A stretch of DNA of 64,000 nucleotides from Sulfolobales archaeon (GCA_025058345.1 JANXEN010000003.1:119578-183577); one strand, 5' to 3'. Shown: positions 39,884 through 50,062, counted from the first letter of the stretch. The notes: generated by a model not told the origin, from the letters alone. Numbers and translations are program-made.

Positions 39884-41050
39884 ATGAAGGTCTTCACTGA
39901 TAGATTTATACTAACTCCAGGACCTACGGAGATCCCTCATAGAGTCAGGGTATCATTGCTTAGGGAAACTACTAACCCCGACCTCGACGAAGATTTCCTA
40001 ACAACTTACAATGAAACTAGAGACCTCCTAAAGAAGTTGATCGGAGTTAGTAATTCCTCCCTATATATAATTTCCGGTGAGGCAATACTTGGTTTGGAAG
40101 CTGCTATAGCAAATACGGTTAGAAATAATGATAAAGTTGTAGTAATATCTAACGGGGTTTACGGGGAGGGCTTCGCTGACTTCATTAGATTTTGTGGGGG
40201 AGTGCCAGTAGGCGTTGGACATTCGAATTGGAGGAAGAGCATTGATGTTAATGAGTTAGATACGACTTTGCAGAGAAATAAAGATGCTGTAGCTGTTACT
40301 TTAGTTCATTGCGATACGCCTTCAGCACTTATTAACGACCTCAACGAAGTTAGTAAGGTTGTTAAGAGCTACGGTCCTTTACTCATTGTGGACGCTGTTT
40401 CCAGCATTGGTGGGGTACCAATAAACTTCGATGCCTGTGGCTTAGATATAGTTATTGGAGGTTCTCAGAAAGTTCTAAATACGCCGCCTGGATTAACTAT
40501 TATGGCTGTAAGTAACAAGGCTTGGGAACGAATAGAAGAAGTTAAGTATCGAGGATATTACATGAATTTGAAATTGTGGAGGGATATGCTTGATGAACGT
40601 GGTATATTCCCACACACCATGAGTGATGTCTTAGTCTATGCCCTTAATGAGTCTTTAAAGATGATTTTTGAAGAAGGTGTGGAAAACGTCTTTAAGAGAC
40701 ATGAAGTAGTCAGAGCCGCTTCTTGGAAGGCTTTAGAAATTATGAATTTGGAAGCGTATCCAATGGAAATTAATTCGTCATCACCTACGGTGACGGCATT
40801 CCTAACACCTAAAGGTATTAACGAGACTGAGTTAAGGAATCGGCTATGGAGAAAGTATGGTGTAATGATTGCAGGTAGTTGGGGGAAACTTCAAGGGAAA
40901 GTAGTTAGGATAGGTCATATGGGTGTTCAAGCCTCTAGGAATCATTTATTATTGGCATACACTTCGTTAGGGAGGGCATTAAGTGAGTTAGGCTTTGACG
41001 TTAACGTAGGTAAGGTTGTGGAGGCGATTGAGGAATCATTCACTTTCTAA
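39884..41050 (+). CDS. class V PLP aminotransferase (serine-pyruvate / alanine-glyoxylate type)
   Basis: TPGPT, VDAVSS, GSQKVL, RIGHMG motifs. Confidence 0.9.
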   Translation: MKVFTDRFILTPGPTEIPHRVRVSLLRETTNPDLDEDFLTTYNETRDLLKKLIGVSNSSLYIISGEAILGLEAAIANTVRNNDKVVVISNGVYGEGFADFIRFCGGVPVGVGHSNWRKSIDVNELDTTLQRNKDAVAVTLVHCDTPSALINDLNEVSKVVKSYGPLLIVDAVSSIGGVPINFDACGLDIVIGGSQKVLNTPPGLTIMAVSNKAWERIEEVKYRGYYMNLKLWRDMLDERGIFPHTMSDVLVYALNESLKMIFEEGVENVFKRHEVVRAASWKALEIMNLEAYPMEINSSSPTVTAFLTPKGINETELRNRLWRKYGVMIAGSWGKLQGKVVRIGHMGVQASRNHLLLAYTSLGRALSELGFDVNVGKVVEAIEESFTF

Positions 41051-41371
41051 TATGACTGCAGTACCGTAGGCCACTGTTTCTGCAGCACCACTCATAATGC
41101 TGGCTGATGTCAGTCTTACACCAATGACCGCATTTGCCCCTAAAGCTCTAGCCTTTTCAACCATTCTCTTAATAGCCTCATCCCTTGACTGCGCTAATAG
41201 TTCCGTATACTCAACGATCTCACCGCCTGCAATGTTCCTAAGAAATGCCGTAAAATCTCTGCCTATATTCCTCGCCCTAACTACACTGCCGCTAACTATC
41301 CCTAAAATTTTCTTAACTCTAAAACCTGGAACGTACTCAAGAGTAGTAATGAGGATATCCTCACCCATCAC
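41036..41371 (-). CDS. YbjQ / UPF0145 family protein
   Basis: GGEIVEYTELL, GANAVIGVR, AYGTAV motifs. Confidence 0.9.
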   Translation of the reverse strand: MMGEDILITTLEYVPGFRVKKILGIVSGSVVRARNIGRDFTAFLRNIAGGEIVEYTELLAQSRDEAIKRMVEKARALGANAVIGVRLTSASIMSGAAETVAYGTAVILESE

Positions 41372-41646
41372 GTATTACCTAACAAAATATATGTGAACCT
41401 TGTTTAAAAGGATATAAAGTTATTTATTTATTGAACATCTCTTTAACCACTTCGATGTGATGGACTCTGCCGTGGGTGCAGAGCTGGTAGGGTTGAATGA
41501 GTTAAAGCTATTCACAATATACATCACATCATTCCTATTGTTAATAATCTAGGGATTCATTCCGTGGCAAAAACCTCAAGTTTTAGAGAGTTTAATGTTT
41601 CTAAACATATAATTTCTTAAAAAATCAATCGTTTAGGGGTATACTT

Positions 41647-42600
41647 GTGGATTTAATAGGTCTCAACAGTGCTGTCATTGAAGATGTTACCAAAGCTCTT
41701 AAGGGCAATCTCTACACTCTTTCAAACCTAGATGTTTATGATACAAGGTTTTACCCGCCTAGGAACGACGATCCTGAAAGAGTTTTGCGTTACTTCATGA
41801 CAATGGTTGCTATAGATCATAGAGTCAGTCGACCTGGTAAACCGTATTACTTTTGCTTTGATGACGGCTGTTATAGCGGAGCTGATCTTCTCTACAGGCT
41901 TGGAATGATGAGATATTTAGATGATGCGGATTTCTTCTCTCCAGATCGGCTGTCCAGGATCTCGGTTTCGGAAGTTTTAAGAACGTTTAGTGTTGATGGA
42001 ACATCTCTCCCAGACCCTGAAGTCAGAACTATGTTGCTTAGAGATCTCGGGTTGAAACTAGTCAAACTTTACGGATCAAGTGTGTCTTCAATAATAGAAA
42101 GTTCGAATAATAGGATTAGGGGTTCTTTAAGTTCTGCAGGATTGGCTGAAAATTTACGTGTCTTCAGAGCTTATGAAGACCCAGTTGATAAGAAAACTAT
42201 GTTACTAGCTAAGTTCCTTACAGCTCGCGGATTCCTTAATCCATTGGATGAGATCGATGTTGCGGTAGATAATCACTTAGTGAGGATTGCGTATAGGTTA
42301 GGGTTAGTTTTTGTTTCCGGCTCACTGTGGAGGAAGATTAAGGACGGTATTGAGGTAAGTTATGAGGAGGACATTCTGTTGAGGTTGGTTATTAGAGCAG
42401 CATATAAGCAATTAGCGATTAAGTCCGGTATTAAGTCAGCGATAATAGATGACCATTTCTGGATTACGGGTAGGGGCATTTGCCTTAGGGATAGGCAACC
42501 GCTCTGCCATAAATGCATGTTTAACATTTGCTGTAGAGCTAGGGAGCATCCAATATTTATGGTAAACGAACATATCTACTATGATACATGGTATTACTGA
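41647..42600 (+). CDS. queuosine-salvage (DUF2419)-like / HhH-GPD-superfamily glycosylase with C-terminal Fe-S motif
   Basis: DPVDKKTML, VAVDNHLVRIAYRLG, DDHFW, C-x7-C-x2-C-x4/5-C, terminal TWYY. Confidence 0.6.
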   Translation: MDLIGLNSAVIEDVTKALKGNLYTLSNLDVYDTRFYPPRNDDPERVLRYFMTMVAIDHRVSRPGKPYYFCFDDGCYSGADLLYRLGMMRYLDDADFFSPDRLSRISVSEVLRTFSVDGTSLPDPEVRTMLLRDLGLKLVKLYGSSVSSIIESSNNRIRGSLSSAGLAENLRVFRAYEDPVDKKTMLLAKFLTARGFLNPLDEIDVAVDNHLVRIAYRLGLVFVSGSLWRKIKDGIEVSYEEDILLRLVIRAAYKQLAIKSGIKSAIIDDHFWITGRGICLRDRQPLCHKCMFNICCRAREHPIFMVNEHIYYDTWYY

Positions 42601-42703
42601 AACTTAGTTACGTATTTATTGTAGAGGCTGTACGGCCGCTGTTTAAATCACTCAAACTTCTTACCTCAACGATCGACTATTAAGGATGTATAACTAACCT
42701 TTA

Positions 42704-42760
42704 AGTGGTGATGAAGTGTACCTCGGCAGATAGATGAAGATGCTGACCTGAACTGAGATG
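42704..42760 (+). ncRNA. box C/D guide sRNA
   Basis: GTGATGA (42708-14) - agtgtacctcgg - CAGA - tag - ATGAAGA - tgctgacctgaa - CTGA (42753-56). The D guide is complementary to the conserved 16S motif CAGGUCAGCA. Confidence 0.85.
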
Positions 42761-42781
42761 GTGATTCAATCATTGAATTAA

Positions 42782-43414
42782 TTATTTGTGTTTGGATTTC
42801 GCTACAGTTAACATTATGGAGAGATATACCGATAAGACTGTTAGCGCTATTATCGCTTCAACTAACCACACATCCCTCAACATCATTAGTGAAAGTATAC
42901 CAACGATGTTAACTAATGTATGAGTTAATATTGATGCGATCAGCAACCGTATATCATTTGGGTTTACACTAAGTAGTATAGACAGAGATACATGTAGGAG
43001 TACTGCGCTATTCCTCTCTATAGCTCCGGGTAATAGGTCCACCCAGTTATAGCCTACCATAATTGATGTAAAATATACTGGTATTGCGTAAATATTAAGC
43101 GCCTCGCTAAACCCCCAACCAAGCCCTAGGGAAACAGCTCCCTTACGAGATAATTCCCTTATAAACTTAATTCGCAGTAAAGTAAGTCTGAAACCCTCTT
43201 CGAATAGTCCAGCAAGAAATGAGGCTATGTATGGGTAGAGATTACCTAATCCCATAAGGAGAAGTAGTAGTGGCTGCCTTAATAATAAGGCAATCAACCA
43301 ACCACCACCACCTACGAGTGCTGTTAGCCACAGTTTAAGACTTCTTCGTGATATATATGTTAACGCTATCAATGCGGGAGTCGATGAAATTAAGATTGGG
43401 ATTAATATGCTCAA
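42782..43414 (-). CDS. YhfC family glutamic-type intramembrane metalloprotease (PrsW/CPBP superfamily)
   Basis: AGLFEEGFR, GLGWGFSEA, ERNSAVLLH and a further conserved His in hydrophobic helices. Confidence 0.8.
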   Translation of the reverse strand: MSILIPILISSTPALIALTYISRRSLKLWLTALVGGGGWLIALLLRQPLLLLLMGLGNLYPYIASFLAGLFEEGFRLTLLRIKFIRELSRKGAVSLGLGWGFSEALNIYAIPVYFTSIMVGYNWVDLLPGAIERNSAVLLHVSLSILLSVNPNDIRLLIASILTHTLVNIVGILSLMMLRDVWLVEAIIALTVLSVYLSIMLTVAKSKHK

Positions 43415-43476
43415 ACACTCACCACAATCTATGGATATTGAAAGGATTTATTTTTTAATTTATTGAGTTGTAATCG

Positions 43477-44028
43477 ATGTTCATGATAGGTGACTATAGT
43501 AAGTATGCATTACGTGGAGTAATTGCAGGTATTATGACAGGTATTTCATTATGTTTTATCTTAATGTTAACGTTACCTGCTGTGGGGGACTTAGTTAATT
43601 ATTTACTGAAGTATCAGCTTTCAAAGCAGCTCCCTCCAGATAAGATAGAGGAAATATTGAAAACCGTTAAGCCAACCATAGATACGGTTTTAATGATAGC
43701 ACCTATTGCTCAAATCTTCGAGTACTTAGTGTTCGGTTCGATATTTGGCATCTTACAGGGTTTTTACAGGTTGAGGCTTAAGTTAGGTGAGCTTGGTTCA
43801 GCTTTGGCTTCAGGAATTACTTTCATGCTGACATTAGGTGTGTTGCCCTTAATTACTATGGTGTTGGTTTTTCAGGACGTATTCGATATGCTTGCTGCAC
43901 GTAGCGAATACTTACTAATCATTCTCCCTTTAGGCCAAGGAATAATGTTTACAGCTTTCCTAGTTTTAATGAGTTTTAACATTAAGGTATTTAATAGGTT
44001 TGTGGATGCTAAACCTAAAGAGACTTAA
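43477..44028 (+). CDS. hypothetical membrane protein
   Basis: 183 aa with about four hydrophobic segments; no motif recognised. Confidence 0.7.
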   Translation: MFMIGDYSKYALRGVIAGIMTGISLCFILMLTLPAVGDLVNYLLKYQLSKQLPPDKIEEILKTVKPTIDTVLMIAPIAQIFEYLVFGSIFGILQGFYRLRLKLGELGSALASGITFMLTLGVLPLITMVLVFQDVFDMLAARSEYLLIILPLGQGIMFTAFLVLMSFNIKVFNRFVDAKPKET

Positions 44029-44093
44029 CAGTTTAACAACTTAATGTATATAGTGCTTATTATTTTAGCGATTCACTATTTTTTGGTGATCAT

Positions 44094-45194
44094 ATGGGGG
44101 ATGTACTGTTTTTAGGACTTGGTAGGGTTGGTCTTAGGACGTTATACTTGTTTAGAGAATTAGCAAGAAATTCACACATATATGCTTTAGATAAAGACCC
44201 GTCGTTAAGTAGCGTTATTAGAAATGTTGATGGTGTTGAATTCCGTACTTACAGTGAAGATGTTGTTGATGAGTTAGCCTCTAAGGTAGATTTAGCAGTT
44301 ACTGCCTTACCTTCAGCTGTCGCATTTAGAGTTGTGGAGAGGCTCGTAAATAAGTGTATTGACGTAGTAGATGTTTCCTTCTTTCCTGAGGATCCTTATA
44401 TCTTGAATAAAGCTGTAGAGGACTGTAACTCCGTTTTCATACCTGACGCTGGATTTGCGCCAGGATATAGTAATTTGGTAGTTGGTTACATTGTTAAGAA
44501 ATATAGGAATGTTGAAAGCATTGATATTATGGTTGGAGGTATTCCTAAAAGGCCTATACCTCCTTTAGGATATGTTGTTACGTGGAATCCGTCAGACCTT
44601 ATTGAGGAGTACATTAGGAGTGCTAGGATCGTTGAAAACGGTGTTCTGAGGTATGTGGATCCGTTTGACGTTGTTGTTGAACTTAATTTGGAGGGTATAG
44701 GTTTGTTAGAGGGGTTTGTAAGCGATGGTTTGAGGACATTGATTAGAAACATAGATGTAAGGAATATGAGGGAAATCACTTTGAGGTGGCCCGGACATAT
44801 AGAGAGTATGAAGTTGCTGAGGGATTTAGGACTCATGAGTAAGGACTTGATTAGAGTTGGTGACTCATACGTCCGTCCATCGGAGTTGCTAGCTAAGCTT
44901 CTCGAAGATAAACTATCTATGAAAATCAATGATATCGCGGTAATATACGTAGTAGCTAAATCAAGTAATGGTAGAAGGCATTCAGAGTTGTCTGTTCTGG
45001 AAGGAACTCCTGAAAGTCCTGCAACCTCAACATTCACTGCATTAGTGCATGCATTTACTGCAGGCTTAGCGCATAGTCGTAAAGTACCTCAAGGAGTTCA
45101 GCCCTTAGAGAATTTAAGCATGTTTAAGGATGAATATGATGCTTACTTAAAGGGTAAAGGTGCTATAATAAAGATAGAGAGCGATCTTGAGTAG
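44094..45194 (+). CDS. saccharopine dehydrogenase / lysine 6-dehydrogenase family
   Basis: GLGRVG, DAGFAPGYSN, VGGIP, TWNPSDLIEEY, TLRWPGH motifs. Confidence 0.85.
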   Translation: MGDVLFLGLGRVGLRTLYLFRELARNSHIYALDKDPSLSSVIRNVDGVEFRTYSEDVVDELASKVDLAVTALPSAVAFRVVERLVNKCIDVVDVSFFPEDPYILNKAVEDCNSVFIPDAGFAPGYSNLVVGYIVKKYRNVESIDIMVGGIPKRPIPPLGYVVTWNPSDLIEEYIRSARIVENGVLRYVDPFDVVVELNLEGIGLLEGFVSDGLRTLIRNIDVRNMREITLRWPGHIESMKLLRDLGLMSKDLIRVGDSYVRPSELLAKLLEDKLSMKINDIAVIYVVAKSSNGRRHSELSVLEGTPESPATSTFTALVHAFTAGLAHSRKVPQGVQPLENLSMFKDEYDAYLKGKGAIIKIESDLE

Positions 45195-45290
45195 TTTAAA
45201 GTATCCACTAAGCTACTCCCAATTACCGCATCCTACTTTACAAGCCTGTTTATTAACGTACTTTACGTAGAGGTTTGGGAGGTAGGGTCT

Positions 45291-46274
45291 GTGAATGACA
45301 GTGAAAGTAGAATCCTTATAGTTGCTGGATATGGAGGTCATTCCGGATATGCTTTCGCAGTAGTTCACGAACTATTTAGTCTTGGTTTTAGGAGGAACGT
45401 CATATTAGTTGCTGAGGGCTACGAGTTCCTTATAGATAAGTTCAGACCCTATGGTGAAGTGATAACTCAAGTACTCCCCAGGAGACCTGCTGAACCACTA
45501 TATAAGGGCTTAATGAGGTGGTTTAAGGCCTTAATACAGTCTACTAAACTCACATCGAGGTATAGGATATATTCCGTATTTGCTGGTGGCTCAAATTTCT
45601 CTATATTACCTTCACTACTCTCTAAATTTCTAGGTGGTTCGAAGATATTTACGATTGAAGCTATTGAGCATTTTAAATCTCAATCAAGGGCCGTTAAAGT
45701 TCTTGAAGCGATTGGAGGAACAGTGTTTCTTCATTGGGAGGAGCAGTTGGAATTATATCCTAATGGTATCGTAGTAGGGCCTGTATATGAGCCGCCAATC
45801 TACGAAGTTAGGGATGAAGGTTACGTATTAGTCACTACTGGCACTTTAGGGTATAAGGAGTTGTTTGATTCTGTTGAGAAGTTAGGTTTTGAGAATGTTG
45901 TACTTCAATCTGGTGACGTCGACCCAAATCCATACATATCTAGAAAACCCTCATGGAAGGTTTTCAGATATACGAGCGATATTCATAGGTGGATAGCTAA
46001 TGCGAGTCTAGTGATAACTCAGCAAGGAGTGACAGCATCTATTGCACGGTTAGCCTATAGGAAACCAACCATAATCGTTTGGAACCCTCGAGTAACTCTG
46101 GGGGCAAAGAAGGATGAGGTGATGACCTATGCAGAGAAGCTTGAAATACCTTTAGTTGATGACTTAACTACTGCTAAGCTTAAATACGCTATTAATAACG
46201 TTAATCCAATAACTAAAGAATATCCTAACGGAAGTAAGAAAATCGCAAGTATGATTGCACACTCCATTGGGTAG
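45291..46274 (+). CDS. Alg14-Alg13 fusion glycosyltransferase (Agl24-like, N-glycan GlcNAc transferase)
   Basis: N-terminal AGYGGH (Alg14-like), central VLVTTGT and VVLQSG (Alg13-like), ASLVITQQG. Confidence 0.78.
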   Translation: MNDSESRILIVAGYGGHSGYAFAVVHELFSLGFRRNVILVAEGYEFLIDKFRPYGEVITQVLPRRPAEPLYKGLMRWFKALIQSTKLTSRYRIYSVFAGGSNFSILPSLLSKFLGGSKIFTIEAIEHFKSQSRAVKVLEAIGGTVFLHWEEQLELYPNGIVVGPVYEPPIYEVRDEGYVLVTTGTLGYKELFDSVEKLGFENVVLQSGDVDPNPYISRKPSWKVFRYTSDIHRWIANASLVITQQGVTASIARLAYRKPTIIVWNPRVTLGAKKDEVMTYAEKLEIPLVDDLTTAKLKYAINNVNPITKEYPNGSKKIASMIAHSIG

Positions 46275-46356
46275 TAAACTAAAAAATTTAAGTGGATCAT
46301 CCATATACTTTAGGTTATTCATTTATAATTAAAAGTTTATAAAGCAGTACTGAAAT

Positions 46357-47616
46357 TTGTTTACGAGGTCGTTTAAGTTGTATGGTCAAGGTCAGGCTAA
46401 AGTAGCTATACTAGTAGTTCTAATAATCGTTGCAGGTGTTGGTGGTTACTTCGCAGGTTCATCATCAGCGCCTCCTAGGACAGTTACCCAAACAGTTACC
46501 CAAACAGCCGGTGCTCCCGGAACAACTTTAACGGTCACTCAAACGGTTACTCGTACGACTGTCCAGACAGTCACTCAAACCGTTACCACAACTGCGGCAC
46601 CTACTCAGCAAGTAATAAAGTGGCGTATGCCTACTCACGCTCCTCCGGCTGACCCTCTCACTAAGACAGCACAGCACTTCGCTGAATTAGTTAAGAATGC
46701 GTCGAACGGAAGATTAGTAATTGAGGTGTACTCATCTGGTGAATTGTTCCCTGTAGGGCAAACACTTGATATGGTGTCTAGAGGTGCTGTTGAAATCGCC
46801 GTTACCTACATAGCTTATTGGGTTGCTGAAGATCCTGTATTTGCGTTATTCAGCAGTAGGCCAGGACCACTGTCTAAACCTGATGAAGTGGTTTACTACT
46901 TCAATTCAGTTAGGGATATATTAAGTAAACGCCTTGAGACAAGAGGTGTTCAACTCATCGGTATGTTGAACATCAACCCACCTGAGACAGTTATGTCATC
47001 TAAAAAACCGTTGACATCCTTATCAGACTTTAGAGGATTCGTTATAAGGTCTATAGGTCTGTCAGGTGAGTTCTATGCAGCTTTAGGTGCTCGTCCCATG
47101 ACGATGCCTGGTCCTGAGCTCTATCAAGCTCTGCAGTTGGGAACTATAGATGGTGCCGAGTGGGGTGGATGGCTAGACAACTACTTCTTAGGGCTTCATG
47201 AAGTAGTCAAATACATACTTGAGCCTGTAGCTGGATGTTCAATACATGCAGATGCGCATGTTGACGGTATAGTTATAGTTAATCCTAGTGCTTGGAGGTC
47301 CTTACCGGAAGACCTTAGACAGGTAGTCTTAACTTCGTTGAAGGGAGCTTTCGCGGACTCAATAATGATTGACTACTACGCAAATATGTTGGCTAAGCAG
47401 GAATTCGTTAAGAGAGGAATTACGATTAATCCGATTCCCAGGGAAGATTGCGCTAAGGTTAAGGAAATCGGGATTAGCTTAATAGTAAGTCAGGCTAAGA
47501 AAAGCGCAGATGCTGTTGAATACGCTAAGAGACTTATAAAGGTGTATAATGATTTAGGCTATAGTGACTGGGCAAGCGATCTTGAGAAAGCTTTGAAGTC
47601 TGGGGGATTAATTTAA
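46357..47616 (+). CDS. dctP: TRAP transporter solute-binding protein (DctP) with Thr-rich linker
   Basis: Membrane anchor, TVTQ repeats, SNGRLVIEVY, ELYQALQLGTIDG. Confidence 0.9.
   Translation: MFTRSFKLYGQGQAKVAILVVLIIVAGVGGYFAGSSSAPPRTVTQTVTQTAGAPGTTLTVTQTVTRTTVQTVTQTVTTTAAPTQQVIKWRMPTHAPPADPLTKTAQHFAELVKNASNGRLVIEVYSSGELFPVGQTLDMVSRGAVEIAVTYIAYWVAEDPVFALFSSRPGPLSKPDEVVYYFNSVRDILSKRLETRGVQLIGMLNINPPETVMSSKKPLTSLSDFRGFVIRSIGLSGEFYAALGARPMTMPGPELYQALQLGTIDGAEWGGWLDNYFLGLHEVVKYILEPVAGCSIHADAHVDGIVIVNPSAWRSLPEDLRQVVLTSLKGAFADSIMIDYYANMLAKQEFVKRGITINPIPREDCAKVKEIGISLIVSQAKKSADAVEYAKRLIKVYNDLGYSDWASDLEKALKSGGLI
46480..46590 (+). repeat. intragenic repeats encoding a TVTQ Thr-rich linker
   Basis: ACAGTTACCCAA occurs in tandem, with degenerate copies downstream. 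Confidence 0.7.
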
Positions 47617-48101
47617 TGATAGGGAAGATTTGTGTAAAAATGATTGTTTTTTTATCCATCCTCACCTTACTAGATATATTGGCAGTAGTTGTTTACGTCC
47701 TCTCTCGATACTTTTTTAAAGAACCTTTAATGCCTGCATTTGCTGTCTCAACATGGTTCTTCGGTCTGCTGTTCTTACTGGGTTACGGTTACACAGCCGA
47801 GATGAAAGGGCATATCAGTGTTGATCTGCTGTACAAACGTCTTAAGCCTAGGTTGAAGTACGTGATTACAGTTATTAACATAGTGATAGTTATTGCCTCC
47901 CTATCTCTCTTAGTTCCAAATACGTATGCCTTAGCTATGAGGTCATATCTAATTGGTGAGAGAGATTCTACGATACCTCTATTCTCGCCATATATTTGGT
48001 GGTATAAGTGGATTCTCCTAATATCAATCGTTTTAGCGATCCTCTATAACGGTGAACAACTCATTCGCTTATTAAGACGAAGGAAACTAGATGAAAATTA
48101 G
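47616..48101 (+). CDS. dctQ: TRAP transporter small permease
   Basis: Four hydrophobic segments, HISVDLLY motif; lies between dctP and dctM. Confidence 0.88.
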   Translation: MIGKICVKMIVFLSILTLLDILAVVVYVLSRYFFKEPLMPAFAVSTWFFGLLFLLGYGYTAEMKGHISVDLLYKRLKPRLKYVITVINIVIVIASLSLLVPNTYALAMRSYLIGERDSTIPLFSPYIWWYKWILLISIVLAILYNGEQLIRLLRRRKLDEN

Positions 48102-48117
48102 AGTGTAGGTGATTTAG

Positions 48118-49428
48118 ATGAGTATACCGATATCTATCCTAATGTTCCCCATGCTCGCAGTTCTACTCGCCCTAAATATTCCAGTAGCGTTCGCATTATT
48201 AATGACCGCGGTGACCTTCTCATTAATTCTGTGGGGATGGTTCGGTTTAGACATAATATTCAATGCATTCTGGAACGTTATGAATAACTTCGCATTGACT
48301 TCATTAGTTCCATTCGTCTTCATGGCAGCTCTCCTACAGGAGTGTGGGATTGTTGAAGATATGTATAAAACCTTAAACATATGGATCGGTAGGTATAAGG
48401 GTTCATTATTGATTATATCCTTACTTCTAGGATACGCTATAGGTGCTATGTCTGGTGTAGTAGCTGCCGGTGTAGTGACTTTGGGATTACTTATATATCC
48501 GATGATGAGGAAATATGGCTACCCGCAATTTATCTCTTTATCTACCATAATTTTCGCTGGTTCGCTACCTCAAATAGTACCTCCAAGCCTTAACATGATT
48601 ATCTACGGTGTTACAACCGGTGTATCGATAGGTAAGTTATTTGCTGGTGGTATAGCAGTAGGTGCTTTAATGACTCTCATTTATATGGTATACACGGTCA
48701 TATGGACTTACTTCAATAGAGATAAGATACAGGTCATACCAGCAGAAAAAATTCCCCTGAAGGAAAAAATACTTGTACTGAGGTACTTTATAGGCCCCAT
48801 TCTAATAATTTTAAGTGCTTTAGGTACGATATTCGCTGGCATAGCAACGCCTACTGAAGCGGCTGGTATGGCTGCCTTCGTCACACTACTATATACAATA
48901 GCGTTAAAGAGATTAAACAGGGAAAGGCTGAAGAAGGCATTAGCTTTTACAGTTAAGGTTGTGGTCATGGTTGAGTGGATTGTTGCGAGTGCTTATGCGT
49001 TCACAGCGATATTTACAGGTGGAGGTGGTAGGACGTACTTAACGAATGTGATGTTGTCTTTACCGAACGCTCATTTAGCAGTTCTGATTCTTTCGTTAGG
49101 GCTGGTCGCATTTCTGGGTTGCTTCCTAGATACTGCAGCCATAATTACTATAATTGCCCCGCTAATGGATCCGGTCATTAGACTACTCGGATATAATGCA
49201 ACATGGTATGGGATAATCTTTAACACAGTCCTATTGACAGGGTTCCTTACCCCTCCAGTAGGATTGGCACTCTACTACATAAAGGGAATGTACCCTGACC
49301 TACCTTGGGAGGATGTGATGAAGTCATCGGTACCAGGGGTTATTGCAGTCCTACTATCTGCATTACTAAGTGTTATATTTCCAGAAATACCGATGTCAGT
49401 GGTAAGGCTACTGACAGGAAGTGCATGA
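48118..49428 (+). CDS. dctM: TRAP transporter large permease
   Basis: IVPPSLNMIIYG, GIATPTEAA, LTPPVG motifs. Confidence 0.9.
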   Translation: MSIPISILMFPMLAVLLALNIPVAFALLMTAVTFSLILWGWFGLDIIFNAFWNVMNNFALTSLVPFVFMAALLQECGIVEDMYKTLNIWIGRYKGSLLIISLLLGYAIGAMSGVVAAGVVTLGLLIYPMMRKYGYPQFISLSTIIFAGSLPQIVPPSLNMIIYGVTTGVSIGKLFAGGIAVGALMTLIYMVYTVIWTYFNRDKIQVIPAEKIPLKEKILVLRYFIGPILIILSALGTIFAGIATPTEAAGMAAFVTLLYTIALKRLNRERLKKALAFTVKVVVMVEWIVASAYAFTAIFTGGGGRTYLTNVMLSLPNAHLAVLILSLGLVAFLGCFLDTAAIITIIAPLMDPVIRLLGYNATWYGIIFNTVLLTGFLTPPVGLALYYIKGMYPDLPWEDVMKSSVPGVIAVLLSALLSVIFPEIPMSVVRLLTGSA

Positions 49429-49846
49429 CTCTAAAGTCATCAATATCCAAAGGCCTCAACTCAATCTTTTTAATTTCAAACCATTTACAACTCAATAAAT
49501 AGAAAAACTACGAATTACTTTTTAAATAGACAAAATAGATACATTACGAGCACTCCAAGCATGATTGCCTTCATTGTTTTGAAGCATCAGCACATAGTGA
49601 TTATTGTTTTACAGAGCGATAGGTTATCGCTTCACTTATATTCCTTCCACATAGTGAGGACCTCTCCTTAAATACCCTATCTAGGAGTTACGCCGACCTA
49701 CCATGTTTGCATCAGAAACTAGGCTACTGATCATCGTAAAAGGTTTTCCATAATTCTATACTATCGCGCACAATATGTTCGATTTAACGTTTATGTCGAA
49801 TTCTTATGTTGTTAATTTAGAAGTCATTGACATTATTATGTGGTAG

Positions 49847-49919
<73 letters not shown>

Positions 49920-50020
49920 TCTATATGATTTTTATTTAGTAACATAAATATCTTTTGGGATTTTCTTACATTAGTTTATGTCTCCATCAATGTATTATGC
50001 GGTTGGACACATTTTTGGCC

Positions 50021-50062
50021 TAGAATTATGGAACGTTCAGTAAAAAATATATCATAATTCCA
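50021..50062. promoter_or_regulatory. putative operator (inverted GAATTATG / CATAATTC) flanking the TATA-like element of pdxS
   Basis: 8-bp inverted repeat at 50023-30 and 50053-60 with a 22-nt spacer containing AAAAAATATAT. Confidence 0.4.

Noticed and set aside
46480-46590. Short tandem repeats as a CRISPR array or contingency locus
   Set aside because: They are in-frame 12-nt units encoding a Thr-rich linker typical of archaeal solute-binding proteins; there are no spacers or cas genes.
49615-49632. Hairpin AGCGATA-GGT-TATCGCT downstream of dctM
   Set aside because: A single 7-bp stem with no other support; could arise by chance.
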